A stretch of DNA of 64,000 nt from Okamejei kenojei. Its lineage: Eukaryota. The position numbers were made by a program, and so were the translations under genes. Position 1 is the stretch's first letter; each line of letters opens with the position of its first letter. The DNA is taken from contig CM069163.1 in NCBI GenBank assembly GCA_035221665.1, forward strand, positions 18,848,001-18,912,000. Reading direction: 5' to 3'. The notes under the pieces were generated by a model. The model did not search any database and had not been told where the DNA came from. It saw only the letters and a program-made list of their open reading frames with translations. This document shows, in pieces, positions 12,768 through 24,990 of this stretch.

Positions 12768-13261
12768 GAGGAGATTTACTAGAATGTTGCCAGGGTTCCA
12801 GCAACTATGTTACAGAGAAAGGCAAAACAAGTTAGGTCTTTATTCTTTGGAGCGCAGAAGGTTAAGGGGGGACTTGATTGAAGTCTTTAAAATGATGAAA
12901 GGGATAGACAGAGTTGACGTGGATACGTTTTTCCCATTGAGGGTAGGGAAGATTCAAACAAGAGGGCATGACATGAGAATTAAGGGACAGAAGTTTCGGG
13001 GTAACGTGAGGGGGAACTTCTTTACTCAGAGGTTGGTGGCTGTGTGGAATGAGCTTCCAGCAGAAGTGGTGGAGGCAGGATCGATTTTAACATTTAAAAG
13101 TAAAGTGGATAGGTATATGGACGTGAAGGGAATGGAGGGGTATGGTCTGCGTGCAGGTAGATGGGACTAGGGGGAAAAAAATGGTCGGCACGGACTGGAG
13201 GGGCCGAGAGGGCCTGTCTCCGTGCTGTAATTGTTATATGGTTTATATGTTATATGGTTAT
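12768..13261 (+). mobile_element. CR1 LINE 3' end (second subfamily, TTATATGG tail)
   Basis: ORF 12697-13170 contains RRFTRMLPG, LGLYSLERRRLRGDLIEVFK, TRGH and FFTQR.V.VWNELP. Confidence 0.9.
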
Positions 13262-14002
13262 ACCTTCCCTCAACAACGAACAACTTGGCAATTAATTTTG
13301 ACGGGAAAAGTGGAAGGAGAGTATGGGGAACAGACAGACATGGATGCAAAAAAGGGATGTGTGACCAAGCTCTTTGAAAAAGCAGTGGCAAGAGTGTAAG
13401 TGGCCACCCTGCACTGTAAACTTTCACGGTCCGTCAGCTCTAACTTTGTCGCCATCGCCAGCTGACAGAATTTGACGATGAAGTGTGGCACAGTTTAACA
13501 ACCAGCTATGCATACTCATTACTTGACGCTGATGTGGAGCTGAGATTTTGTGAATCACGTCACCACTTGTCCAGGGTTCAAGAAAAATAATTGCAGAAAG
13601 ACTGAGCATTTTCCATTGTCTCACTTGGCTGAAACCATACAAGATGTTTGGATGAAGCAGGGTTGTCAGTCAATTTTATTTCACTCTTCCAGAATGCCAA
13701 CTCTACTCTTGCCCTGATATAGCGTTGAGCTGTTTCTCGAATGAGATCAGTGTTCTGGTCCTGACCAGATTTCCCGGCAATGAACCTCAGCTGTTGATCA
13801 CGTTCCTGCTGGCATCTGTCCCAAATTTGGCTTATCATAGTCAGATGGTGTGTGCATCAGCTCCTGCTAAGGCAGTTCAATGAGGAAAGTGACACCAAAC
13901 TACAGGAACCAAGCTGCGATGGGGGCAGCCAGTACCACATTTAATGGAAATAAATAAACCATGTATATTCCTCAGAGAACAAAATTGTAATTTAAAAGAT
14001 AA

Positions 14003-14543
14003 CCTACACATAACTAAAACTCTGATCTGTGCTCTTCCAGTTTGCGAGGACTTGGAATGAGGAGAGGAGGATGAGGAAATGGGGAGGAGGGAGATGGGAT
14101 GGTAAAGGGAGAATTGGGGGGGGGGGGGGGCAGCACCTAGCCCCGCTGTCTACCCGCTGGCGAGGGTCACCGCGGGTCCCGGGACGGACAACGCTCCAGT
14201 GGCCCTAATGCACCGCAACATTACATGGAGAGCGGGAGCGCTGTAGCCCGGCCCACAGCAAGGGGGGGACGGGGACGGAGAGGGGAGAGAGGGATGAGGG
14301 AGTAGAGAGGGATGAGGGCGTAGATGGCGGGAGGGGGGCAAGACTGGGAGGGAATGGGGTAGAGGGGTTGTGGAGTGCAGGGGATAGGGAGGTGGGGTAG
14401 AAGGGAGACAGGGATGGGTGGATTTGATGGAGGGGGATACGTGAGTGGTGGAATATTGCGTTGGGGGAATGTGTTTGCGTTGGTGAGTGGTGGAATATTG
14501 CGTTGGGATTTTAAAAAAGACCAAGACTCCCACTTAGTCCTAG
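14003..14543 (+). mobile_element. Putative non-autonomous Helitron-like element
   Basis: Starts A|CCTACACATAACTAAAACTCTGATC and ends CCCACTTAGTCCTAG|T, with no TSD. It has a GC/purine-rich interior with a duplicated GTGAGTGGTGGAATATTGCGTTGGG. The 3' hairpin is not evident. Confidence 0.4.
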
Positions 14544-14778
14544 TATCTTTTAAAATTCATGAGTGTTCGGAAAAAGCGGAAGTAATTTCTCATCCAGCTT
14601 CTTGCAGCCTAGATGTAGGGTACGGAATTGAGTTGCAGAGAAATAAGTCCATTCATTTTATTGAGTCATACCAAGCAAGAAGCACTCGTTATCCTAACTA
14701 TGCCTATTGTAGATACCTGGTTTTGACTCTCGACTCCTCACTCCCCTTCCTATTAACTGAGTTAATAGCCGTTTATTC

Positions 14779-14869
14779 AATTACAGGATTTAAATTTGAT
14801 GTTTAATTGAAGTCGGGAATATTAGGTTGTATAGAGCAAAGATGATTAATAAGAGATTTAGTTTAAAAA
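14779..14869 (+). repeat. 91-bp segment duplicated at 17557-17647
   Basis: Ungapped manual alignment gives 8 mismatches in 91 nt. Confidence 0.9.
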
Positions 14870-15604
14870 GTGCCCCCCCCCCCCCCCCCCCCCGTGCTCA
14901 CTGACCCACCCTTGTTCCAAGTTAAGCAATGCAACAGCATTAAAACATCTCATCACTCTTTCCAAATCCCTTCAGGGTATGACCCCCCCTCCCGCTTCCC
15001 TTTGTCTCTACATCTTCCAACTCCCAGATTTCACCACTCCTCCAATCCTTACTTCCTGTTTGTTCCCTGGATTTAATTGCTGCAGAAACTCTGGAATTCT
15101 CTCTACCACTCTGTCTCTGTCTGGATTTAAGAAGCTCCTTAACAAACTCTCTTGACGATGAAGCTTTTGGGCTGCTGTCCTAATAATATCTCCTGATGGA
15201 GCTTTAGTTTGAGAAAACCCGTGTTGAAAAAACGTGGAGTTTTTTTGCAGCATTAAATGCACAATGTTATCTGTAGATAAAATCTCCCAGCCAATGCAGC
15301 CTTTTAAAACATTATTTTATGCTGTTGTGAGAGAGAATCATTGTGGGGGACTGTTAGTTCAGAATAAAGACCCACAAACAGCAAATTAAAATGCAGCTGG
15401 CTGCTCAGCTTTATTTACAGTTCCGTCCATATGTTAACCAGGAAATGAGTTGATGATGGTAACGTCGTTTCAGTGCCATGAGTGCCTTTCACCCAAACAC
15501 CTGCAGAAACACAGGGCTCTCTCTGTACAACTGCCACTTGAAGCCTCAGAAGTCAGTATGATTACGCCAACACGCTCAACTGGAAATGTTGGGTGAGGAC
15601 GGGA

Positions 15605-16105
15605 TCAAGAATCCAAGGATGTTTTATATTCATTTGAACAGACAATGGAATTCTTACCTGCAGCAGCACATCAGATATGTAAACACTGTACACGCAATAA
15701 TGAACAACAAAAAGTTCAGTAAGATATAAAAATACAAACAGACAATAATAGTGCAAAGATCAAAACAGTGCCCCCTGCAGTTCGGAGCTTATTTGGAAGT
15801 TGTAGTGTTTAATTGCCCGATTGTTATAAGACGAAGCTGCTCCAGAACCTCGATGTCACAGTTTTCAGGCTCCTATACTTTCTTCCCGATGGCAGGAGTG
15901 AAATGAGAGTGTGGCTAGGGTGGTGTGAGTCTCTGATGATGCTGGCTTCTTTTGTGAGGCAGCGACTCCCACAAATCCCTTTGATGGTGGGGAGGTCAGT
16001 GTCGGTGATGTACTGGGCAGTGTTCACCACTTTTTGCGGTCTTCTTTGTTCTTGGGCATTCGAGTTGCCGGAACAGGCCGTGTTGCAACCAATCATTATG
16101 CTCTC
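15605..16105 (-). mobile_element. Rex1/Babar-like LINE 3' end
   Basis: ORF 15824-16096 reads QKVVNTAQYIT...RCLTKEASIIRDSHHPSHTLISLLPSGRKYRSLKTVTSRFWSSF. Confidence 0.8.
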
Positions 16106-17556
16106 AAAATACGGCCTTTGGTATGTGCGGCTTTATTTTCCAGCCAGCGTATTGCCATCGTATGAATTCAGCAGCATTCTGAAAGTACCTGAAATTAAAG
16201 GAGAAAGGCAGGTCAGAGAGAATTAATAATTTATTTTGGAAAACAAATGAAAATTTGGTGCACAGTGGACCTAGATCAGGAACTTACTGATTTGGAATGA
16301 AAATTGTTAAACATATTTTGGGATGGGGGTTACACAGCCTAGAAGATTGTTGCTGTTTGTGAGACGAAATCTACTGATCAGCCCAATCCTTTGTTCATTT
16401 TCCCATTGCCACTGATGAATATTAATTCCACCCTGAAAGGTGAGAAAGGATGTTCCTTGAGTCAACAATGCAAGGAGGCAGGGCATCTGAAGAGAGAAGG
16501 GGGAAAAAGCAAGCATAGTGGAGCATGTGGATAGGATGGAACTGCTTGTTTTACTTCAGGCTCACCTCTGTCAGCCAAGTGTTGACCATCTGTCAGTTAT
16601 TAGTGCACTTGCTCCTGAATCAGATGCCTGGGGGTTAAGCTACAGTTGAATCATTAGAGAAGAAAATCTATATTGATGATGCTGCCAGAGCAGCATTCTA
16701 GGTAACCTAAGTTTCTTATGCATGAGAGGCTGCACTGATCTTTTCCCTGTCTTTAAAGTGGATGCAAAGGATCCAAAGATGACTATGGATAGGTGATGAT
16801 TTTAGGTTTAATTTCTGTCCATTTTAGGACCCTTTTTGAATTTCTAGTAGGAGGGGGACGTAGGTATTTAAATATCCACAACCCATATTCCTTTCAGAAG
16901 AGTGGATGGGATCAGGACGATGTTAGAATCAGAATGTCTGCCTGCCCTACCCTTCCCCTCGTAATGTTGGTGTATTTTTGAAAGAAGGTGGTCCACATTG
17001 CCGAGCTCTAAACAATAAAGGCCAATTCTCAGGAAGTGGATTTCCACAAGATATTTCTCAAGAATTCCTCTGGGACATATGTTGGTGTATTAGAGGAAAA
17101 ATCAAGAAAAGACTTGTGTTTACATGCATTTCAGCACCCGAATCACAAAGCTCGGCGCTTATCAGGACTATTGAACTGACCTCTCATAAGCTAAGGATGT
17201 ATTCCTGATCTCCCAATCTACCTCAATGCAGTCCTTGCACATTTTGGGGGGATTTTTCCTGCAGCTGTATCAGTACATTCTGCACTCTGTTTCCTTTGGC
17301 TTTGCACTAGCCTAGAGAACTCGTGTATGGATGGTTTAATTGTGCTCATACATGGTATGACTTGTCTAGCAAACATGTAAAACAAGGTTTTTCACTGTAT
17401 CTTGGTACACGTGACAATAACAAACAAACGCATTGCTTATGAAGTAGTTACCATGGGAAACTGAGAAACTGGAAAATCAATGTGCACCATAGAAAGCTCC
17501 CAATGATGAGTGATGGTGATCAAAGAGAAAATATTGGCCAGGCCCTCGATTTTTTT

Positions 17557-17647
17557 AATTACAGGATTTAAATCTGATGTTTAATTGAAGTTGGGGTTAT
17601 TAGGTAGTATAGAGCAACGATGGTTAATAAGATATTTAGTTTAAAAA
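17557..17647 (+). repeat. Second copy of the 91-bp segment
   Basis: See 14779-14869. Confidence 0.9.
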
Positions 17648-18488
17648 AAAATACAAGTTGATTTGATAGAGTAGAATGGAGAAATTCTTTCCAGGAGTCT
17701 TAGATTTTGGAAACCTGGCAAAGTATCAGAAAACAGGCCAGGATTTTTTTTTTTTTGGCAAGTAAATTGGTGAGCTGGATAAAATGTCCCAGAGGGTGGT
17801 GGAAATAAAAGTAATTATAAAATTGAATAGGTAATTGGATATAGAGTTAAAAAAGTAAAATTCAATGCAGGATCAGAGGAAAAAACAGAGGGGTTGTTGA
17901 GCATGAAGGGTTGAGTGGCATTCTGTACTAGTCTTTGATTCTTGTCCAGACCAGTTTTGGGCCAGGAAGAGCGGAAAGTCAACTTTCCCTTTTGTTATGC
18001 TGTAAGTTGTCCTCTTTCTCTGCACAACACAGGAAGTTCATTTTCCAGCAAAACATGACCAGAGATCTGGAAACTCATCGCCTGGAATTTCCTGGGAATT
18101 ACCCATTAATGCTTTTGCTGAAATGGCCGATGGCAATTATATAATTGCTACAGCATATCAAATAAGAAACCCAATTTAACTCAAACTTTTTTGGGAATTC
18201 CATTTAATACAGGCTTTGTGCGTAGGATTTATGCACTGCAGGAGGGGGCCGGGGTTCAGTTTATCAAAATAAGATAAGTATGTCCTGCCAAAGTGACCCC
18301 CAAATTCACATTTCCAAACGCTGTGTGTCATAGAAAAAAAGGGAAAGGTGTATAATGGAATTTATAGCCAACATGAGGTAACCCTTTTAGGGAGAAGCAT
18401 GCAAGCTCAGAGGCAGTAGGGAGAGCTGAATGCTATAATGAAGGGAGAGATTGCAGGCAGCACCACTTGCATTGTTGAACTTCCTTAA

Positions 18489-18581
18489 CTTGAAGAAGGG
18501 TCTCGACCCGAAACATCGCCCATTCCTTCTCTCCAGAGATGCTGCCTGTCCCGCTGAGTTACTCCAGCCTTTTGCGTCTAT
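18489..18581 (+). mobile_element. Penelope-derived mini-element with 9-bp TSD
   Basis: CTTCCTTAA at 18480-18488 and 18582-18590. The insert starts at CTTGAAGAAGGGTCTCGACCCGAAACATC. Confidence 0.7.
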
Positions 18582-19904
18582 CTTCCTTAATCTTACATTT
18601 GTTTCAGTCTGAGTTATGTGCTGCATTCTCCAGTGCTGCTTTAACCCTTGGCCTTCCAATCTGGAAGCATGACGGGTACCAACCGAGCCACTGTTGCCAC
18701 TTGTGTGGTCCTGGGGCTGTGGACAATGAGGAGGGCATGTCCTGCATTAGTGGGAGCTTCAGGCTTAGATCAGTAGGGAAGTGTTTCTTAACCTTGACAA
18801 CAGATTCTCCAGGAGGGTCACACTGAGGAATGAAATGGTGGCACTCCTGAGCTTGTGCTCCCTGCCCAGAGCTTTGCATGCCTGCAAATGAGTCTGGTCA
18901 CAGAGTGTTGAGAAATTCTGCAGTGAGCTGATTTTCATCAACAAGGTCCCATAAGCTCTCCTGGCAAAGACTGTTTGCTTTAATAAACAACACGGGTTTC
19001 TAGTCCTTCCATTGATATTGGAAAAGTATAATTTGTTTATCACTGTACGTTTTGTAGTTTCTGATCGTACAACCATGGGAGAAGGTTGGTAAACTAAAGC
19101 TCTGTGTGATCCATATCTATAGACCGTACTGTGGGTACATGATTATAGCTGGGCTCTTGTCATGTGGGGAAAGTGTTAAACCAAAGCCCCATCTACCTTC
19201 TCAGACAGAGAGTGGTTCCTCTGTTTTAAATGATTGCTTCTGTGCCTGGTCCCCTGGCCAATGTTTAACCCTCAACTAATCTTTAAAACCAAAGCATTTA
19301 TCTCATTGCCCTCTTGGGAGCTTGGCTGTGTTTGCATTAGAACAGTGACTATATTTCAACACCTTCATGAAAGTACTCAGATGGCAGTGAAGATGGAAAC
19401 TGGAATACCGATACCTGAAGAAGTGCCGTTGTTCAAGAAAGCAGCTCACCACCTCCTTCTCAAGGGCATTGAGGTGGGCAGCCTGTCAGGGTCCATATCT
19501 CTTGAATGAATTTTTTAAAAGTTGGTTCTTCTTTAGTGCTGAGCTATACAGAGTGCAAAGATTATCCGGTTCTCTATGTTGAGTTGAGCTGTTTCAGACA
19601 TCACAGTCACTGATGGAGGGTGAAATTATCAGCTCAAATGTTAAGCACAAGGCTCATTCTACCTGGCAAAGATTCCCATACTATAATTGAAAGAGCAGCG
19701 GGATTTTCTCAGTGTCTTTGACCAGCTTTTAAACTGCATTAAGCTCAACTAATTAGTGGCAGATCAGTAGTGAGGCTCATAAATCAATCATGATCCTATT
19801 GAATGTCAAACCAGGCTCATAGGAGTGTTGGGCCTGTGCCTACTATCTTATATGTTATAAACTATATATCTCATTAACTATGTTATTTTCTTATGCACTG
19901 AGAC

Positions 19905-20322
19905 ATGGAATATACAGCACAGAAGTAGGCCCTTCGGCCCATTGAGCCTGCACCAACCATCATGCACCCATTTACACTGATCCTATATTTTATTCTCCTG
20001 GCATCCCCATCAACAAGCCCCGGATTCTACCATTTTTCCTAAACACAAAGGACAATTAACAGCAGTCAACTGACACATCTTTACGATGTTGGAAGAAACC
20101 TACACAGTGACGGGAAGATCATACAAACGCCACGCGTTCACTGCACAAATCCCAAGAGGAAAGACTGTATTAGTTCAATGTTTAGTTTTCTGTTATCGAA
20201 GGGAGAGACCAAAGAACACGAAAGAGATTGCACTGGAGATCAACATTGAACCTGCGTCGTTGGAGGAGTGAGGCAGCAGCTCCATCAGTTGCACCATCGT
20301 GCTATTTGAAGTGGGTTTTTAA
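19905..20322 (-). mobile_element. Degenerate V-SINE carrying a 90-bp insertion
   Basis: SINE 3' part (ACAGCACAGAAGTAGGCCCTTCGGCCCA) and head (TTGAACCTGCGTC...GAGGCAGCAGCTC) on the minus strand. Confidence 0.55.
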
Positions 20323-22031
20323 TGATTGAAGATTTTCTCCAAATGCTCCGAGAGAATAACAGGAAACCCTCAGACCCTCAAAGACTTTCAGCTTCAATAG
20401 TTGCTTCTTACAAGAGAAAGTGCTCTGCTCCTGGCCCTCAGCCAAGCCCATGCAGTACTATCTGTGTGTGACTCATTTCTCATTCACTGACGGGGACTGG
20501 CTTGTTCTGCTGTTTGATGTGAGGTCGTGTGGCTGCCACACACTAAAGTTATTTTCCCCGCTCAGCAATAAACAGACCACATGATCTAAACAGTGTGCCA
20601 GAGGAGTCGTCGTCTTTCCTACCCCCTCGGTAAAAAATGCCTGTGCCCCATGAGCTGTTTCCCTGGCTCACATCTTATCTTGAAGCAAGTAAAAAATAAT
20701 GATGCTATTTATCACAGAATGCAGTGGGCCAGCTCAGCTCTTTGCCATTGTTTCTGCCTCAGATAAGCATAAATACAGCAGCGGTGACGGTGGAGGGGGT
20801 AGATTCAGGAGGGAAGAACAATAACATCCAATTTAATCCTCCCCACATCCTTCCAAAAGCCGACCACACATCTTGCAGAGTACTTGCACACACTGCAGCA
20901 GGAATATTGCCTTAGGTATGCTCATCCCAGACTCAGGAGCCCCATGGAAATCCCACCCTCTTCCAGCTAAAAATTATAGTGTGCAGAAACCATTCACAAA
21001 GAGCCTTTGCTGACGGTATTTGGTGTGGTATTTCCAGAAGATTCAACTAATAAAATAGTCACTGCACAGATCCCTGGAGGAAAGATTGCAATAGTTTAGT
21101 ACCTGGTTTTGTGTTATCCAAGAGAGACCAGAACACTAAAGAGATGTTAAAGTTGTGTGATCATTCCTCCTGTGACTGCAGTGAATGTAAAGATCTCCTC
21201 CACTGTTTATATTTTGCACAGATTGTAGGTAAGAGAGTAGATATGAGCTTCAGGTTATCAGATATGGATGTAGTCTTGATCTGAATAGTTATTTTACAAC
21301 TTAAGAACACTCTAAAGACATCATGAAGCACTTATGGAGCGACTACAGGATACTGACCAGATGACCTTCTTCAGTGATCGGAATGCGCAAGTGAGGGGTG
21401 AGTATTGGCTGAGCCGTCAAGAAGGACTCTGAGAGTACAGTAGCCCCCACTCTATTGTTATGGATTTGGCACTCTGCCTTTTGGAGAGGGACTAATCCTG
21501 ACATTCGAGAGACACCATTGATGGTTTGGAGCGTCTCGAAAAACAATGTAGCCATCGTCAGCTTCTCAGGGTAGAACGATCCTTCTCATTGTTGGACCCG
21601 TGTCAAGGAAACATGACTGTGAGGAGACAACAATATTAATGGATAATGTTGGAATACACTTGTAAGAATAATATTGATTATGCTTACGTAAAGTTTAAGT
21701 ATATGGTTGCAGTTCATGAGAAGTGTCAGAGTAGAAGGGAGAATGTTTGAGAGCGTTTTGGAAAAGTCCCAAGGATATATCTGCCAATAATCACTATTTT
21801 CAAGGGTGTTGGGAGAAGAAGGAGATGGCCTGAGGGCCATGTGTAAAGCAGCTGTTGAACAATGGTGCCACCCAGTAGCTTGGAGTCAAAACCACACTTA
21901 TGCTGATTGAACAGGGTGGCTGAGAGTCAGTCGAGTCACCCCTGACTCTCGCTCGGCTGCTCTGTGGCAGTGATGGCCTGTGGGGAGGTGGAAGCAGGGA
22001 TAGGAGCTACCTCTGAGCACTATTGACGGCA

Positions 22032-22058
22032 CCCCCCCCCCCCCCCCCCCCCCCCCCC
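22032..22058 (+). repeat. Poly-C tract (27 nt)
   Basis: Uninterrupted C run. Confidence 0.95.
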
Positions 22059-24404
22059 GCCTTTCAACCTTCTACCTGCCATTGGCCTGAGTTCAGCCAA
22101 ACCCTGTCAGATCAGGACCTCACAGCAAGCCCACTGGCACACATTGTCTGCTGGTCATGGAAACACCTTAACAAACCTTTCATCCTCAATTTTGATCCAT
22201 TTCATAACCTTCCCCTCCTTATCTCTGCAAGCTTATCCAGGACACTGTGATACCTCCAGCTTCAGGTTCATGCACTTCCCTTTTCTTATGTGTAATTCCT
22301 TGGTTTCTCAAGCAATGCACACTCTCGCTCTTTCACTTTCACTGCTCACCAACTCACACTCTCCTCCTTTAAGATCTGCCTTTCTGATCAGAGGCATTGG
22401 CCAATAATAATGCCCTCAGAGTGTCGATCAATTTTGTGCGATATCACTCCTTGGAACATTTACCTACATTACAATTGCAATATAGACGTTAGCTGTTGTA
22501 TCGTCTCATTGATGGGATTTATAGGGAAGTTCTGTCATCAACACATTACTAATCCCACAGCATCTCTCAGTCTGAATGACGAGTGGAACAATGATGACTG
22601 AAATTATTTTATGCTTATAATGACAGAGAAGAAGGTCACTCCGGCTTGTAGATCCCCGATGAGATTACAGAGAAGCAATACCATTGGTTCCATTCCCTCC
22701 TTTATTTCCTGTACCTGTGAAATGTTATTTTTCAACTATCAATTCCACTTTGATTCTTTTTGGCATTGACCTGTTCTGAAGGGTAATTTACTGTGGTCCA
22801 GTTAATGTACCAGCATGTCTATCTATGGGTTACAAGGGGAAAAAACTAGCGCACCTGGAGATTGCCAATTCGATCATGGAAGGAGTGTGCAAATTCCTCA
22901 GAGACAGTACCCGAGCGAAGGATTGTTAACTGAATTAACTGCTGAGGCACCATTTTATCCATGAAAACTTGAAGAGTACATTTTCTTTAATGCCTCCTGG
23001 TTCTGAGTGAGTATGATTTCAGAGTGGTACCATGACAGCTGAGGAAGATTTGTCTAATGAGCATTAGTGAGTGTGGATTGAAATATTCAGACTACAATTG
23101 CACCGGAATCTCGATAACTTCAAAGGGAAATCAATACCATGTCCATGAAGATCTTATCAGACAAGCCTCACTGGGGTCGGCTGAACCACAAACAATTCCA
23201 GCCTAAATAATGAAAAAGTACCTTCCAGGAATCTTTCTCAATTGCTTGCTCACATTCGTTCACAAAGATATCGAGGCTAGATGGTTATTTGAACTAACAA
23301 AGATACTTTATTTTCCTATAGTTGTAAACCTAGTGCAAAGCAACATTTTTCTACCACCACATAAACTGGTTGAACATTCAGAAGAAGACAGCAACTCTCC
23401 AACACGTTCTAGCCTAAACACTCTGCTGCAATATGCACAGTGATGCATTTTCCATCATGGCACCAACCCAATGTTACAGAGGTTATATCCCTCTCTCTAA
23501 TAAAGAGGAAAAAAAAAAAAGTCCCTTTAGCACCAAGTCTTTCAGATGCTTAGGTCAACCGATTGTTATTTTAATATAGGATGCCGTCCTTTATTACAAT
23601 CTCTTATGATTTGGGGACCACTGTGTATAGAATAACAATGACATGGGTCATGCAGTTATTTTCGTGTGAGGTTCATCCTCTGTGTGTTTCCAAATCTTAT
23701 TTGTAATAAGTCATTGGCACCTCTGTTGTAACAGCATGTTAATATTCATCTCCAGTTTTAAATGGTCCACAAGTGCAGTTATGCCTTCAGCTACTAAATG
23801 CTAAGCTCTGGTGTTCTTTCCCTAACCCTTTTGACTTTGTTGCCTGACGTTCCTTAAAACTATCTTTCATTTAAGATCTGGAATAAATGCAAGACATGCT
23901 AGAAATACTGAGCAGGTCAAATATCAAATTTTATTTGATAAGGATTCGGAATGAAATGATCATGGGATCATTTACTCTGTTAAAGTTGCTGTGTAAATAC
24001 AAATGATTGACAATAATTTGCATCATTGTGTGCTGTGACCCATGGCCTTGGGATTGCTTTTAGCTGTTAAATTGCTTGGAATAGTCATCCACTGTGTGCG
24101 ATTCATCACCAGCAATGGTGTGTTCAACTCCCACCATAACAAATTGTATTTGGTTTTAAAGATACAGTAATGGCATGCTTTTGAAAAATGTGGTATTTCC
24201 CAAATATCCTGCAGGGAATGAAATCTGTAATCTGTACCTAGAATCCAGTGCTCTAAGTTATCTTTAGAGGCCATTTAAAAGTAAAAATGCTCACAATGGT
24301 TCAAGAAAGCCCATTACCACCTAGTCAAAACCACAAGGAATGAGTGAGAAATACCAACAGTGCTCTTCGCTCAAGAATTAATACGAAACAATATGGAGGT
24401 GGGT

Positions 24405-24990
24405 GCTTTAGAATGGGTGCAGAGAAGGTTTACCAGAATGTTGCCTGGATGATCTGGATCACAGATGATGATGAGCCAGAGTAAAGGAAGGAGATCGATT
24501 GACTAACAAAATGATGCCAGAACAACAACCTTGCTCTCAACGCCAGTAAAACCAAGGAACTGATTGGAAGATGAAAGTCGAGGACCCACAGACTTGGCTT
24601 CATCGACGGGACAGTGGTGGAGAGAATCAAAGATTTCAAAATCCTGGGCCTGCATATCTCTGAAGATCTGCACTGGACCCAGCACATTGATGCAACCATA
24701 AGGAAAGCCCATCAACACCTCTACTTAAAAGATTGAGGAGATTCGGTATGACAACAATACTCTCTTGAAGTTCTAGAGGTATACATTGGAGAGCACATTG
24801 GCTGGTGCTTGGAACACGCTGCCAGGGATGGTGGTTGAGGCAGATATGATAGTGGCTTTTGAGAGGCTTTTGGATTGGCATATGGATGTACAGACAAGGG
24901 AGGAATATGAATTATGTGCAGATAGATAAGAGATGGTCTTGGTGTCAGAGACATTGTAGGCCATTGCGCCTGTTCTGTACTGTTCTATGT
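24405..24990 (+). mobile_element. CR1 fragment interrupted by a Rex1/Babar-like RT fragment (about 24460-24812)
   Basis: CR1 VQRRFTRMLPG start and CR1 3' end flank a segment encoding CQNNNLALNASKTKELI...FKILGLHISEDLHWTQHIDA..RKAHQHLY. Confidence 0.7.

Noticed and set aside
13578-13838. 86-aa minus-strand ORF (and 3881-4309) as exons of a second gene
   Set aside because: No recognisable family motif or consistent splice signals; cannot be supported without a homology search.
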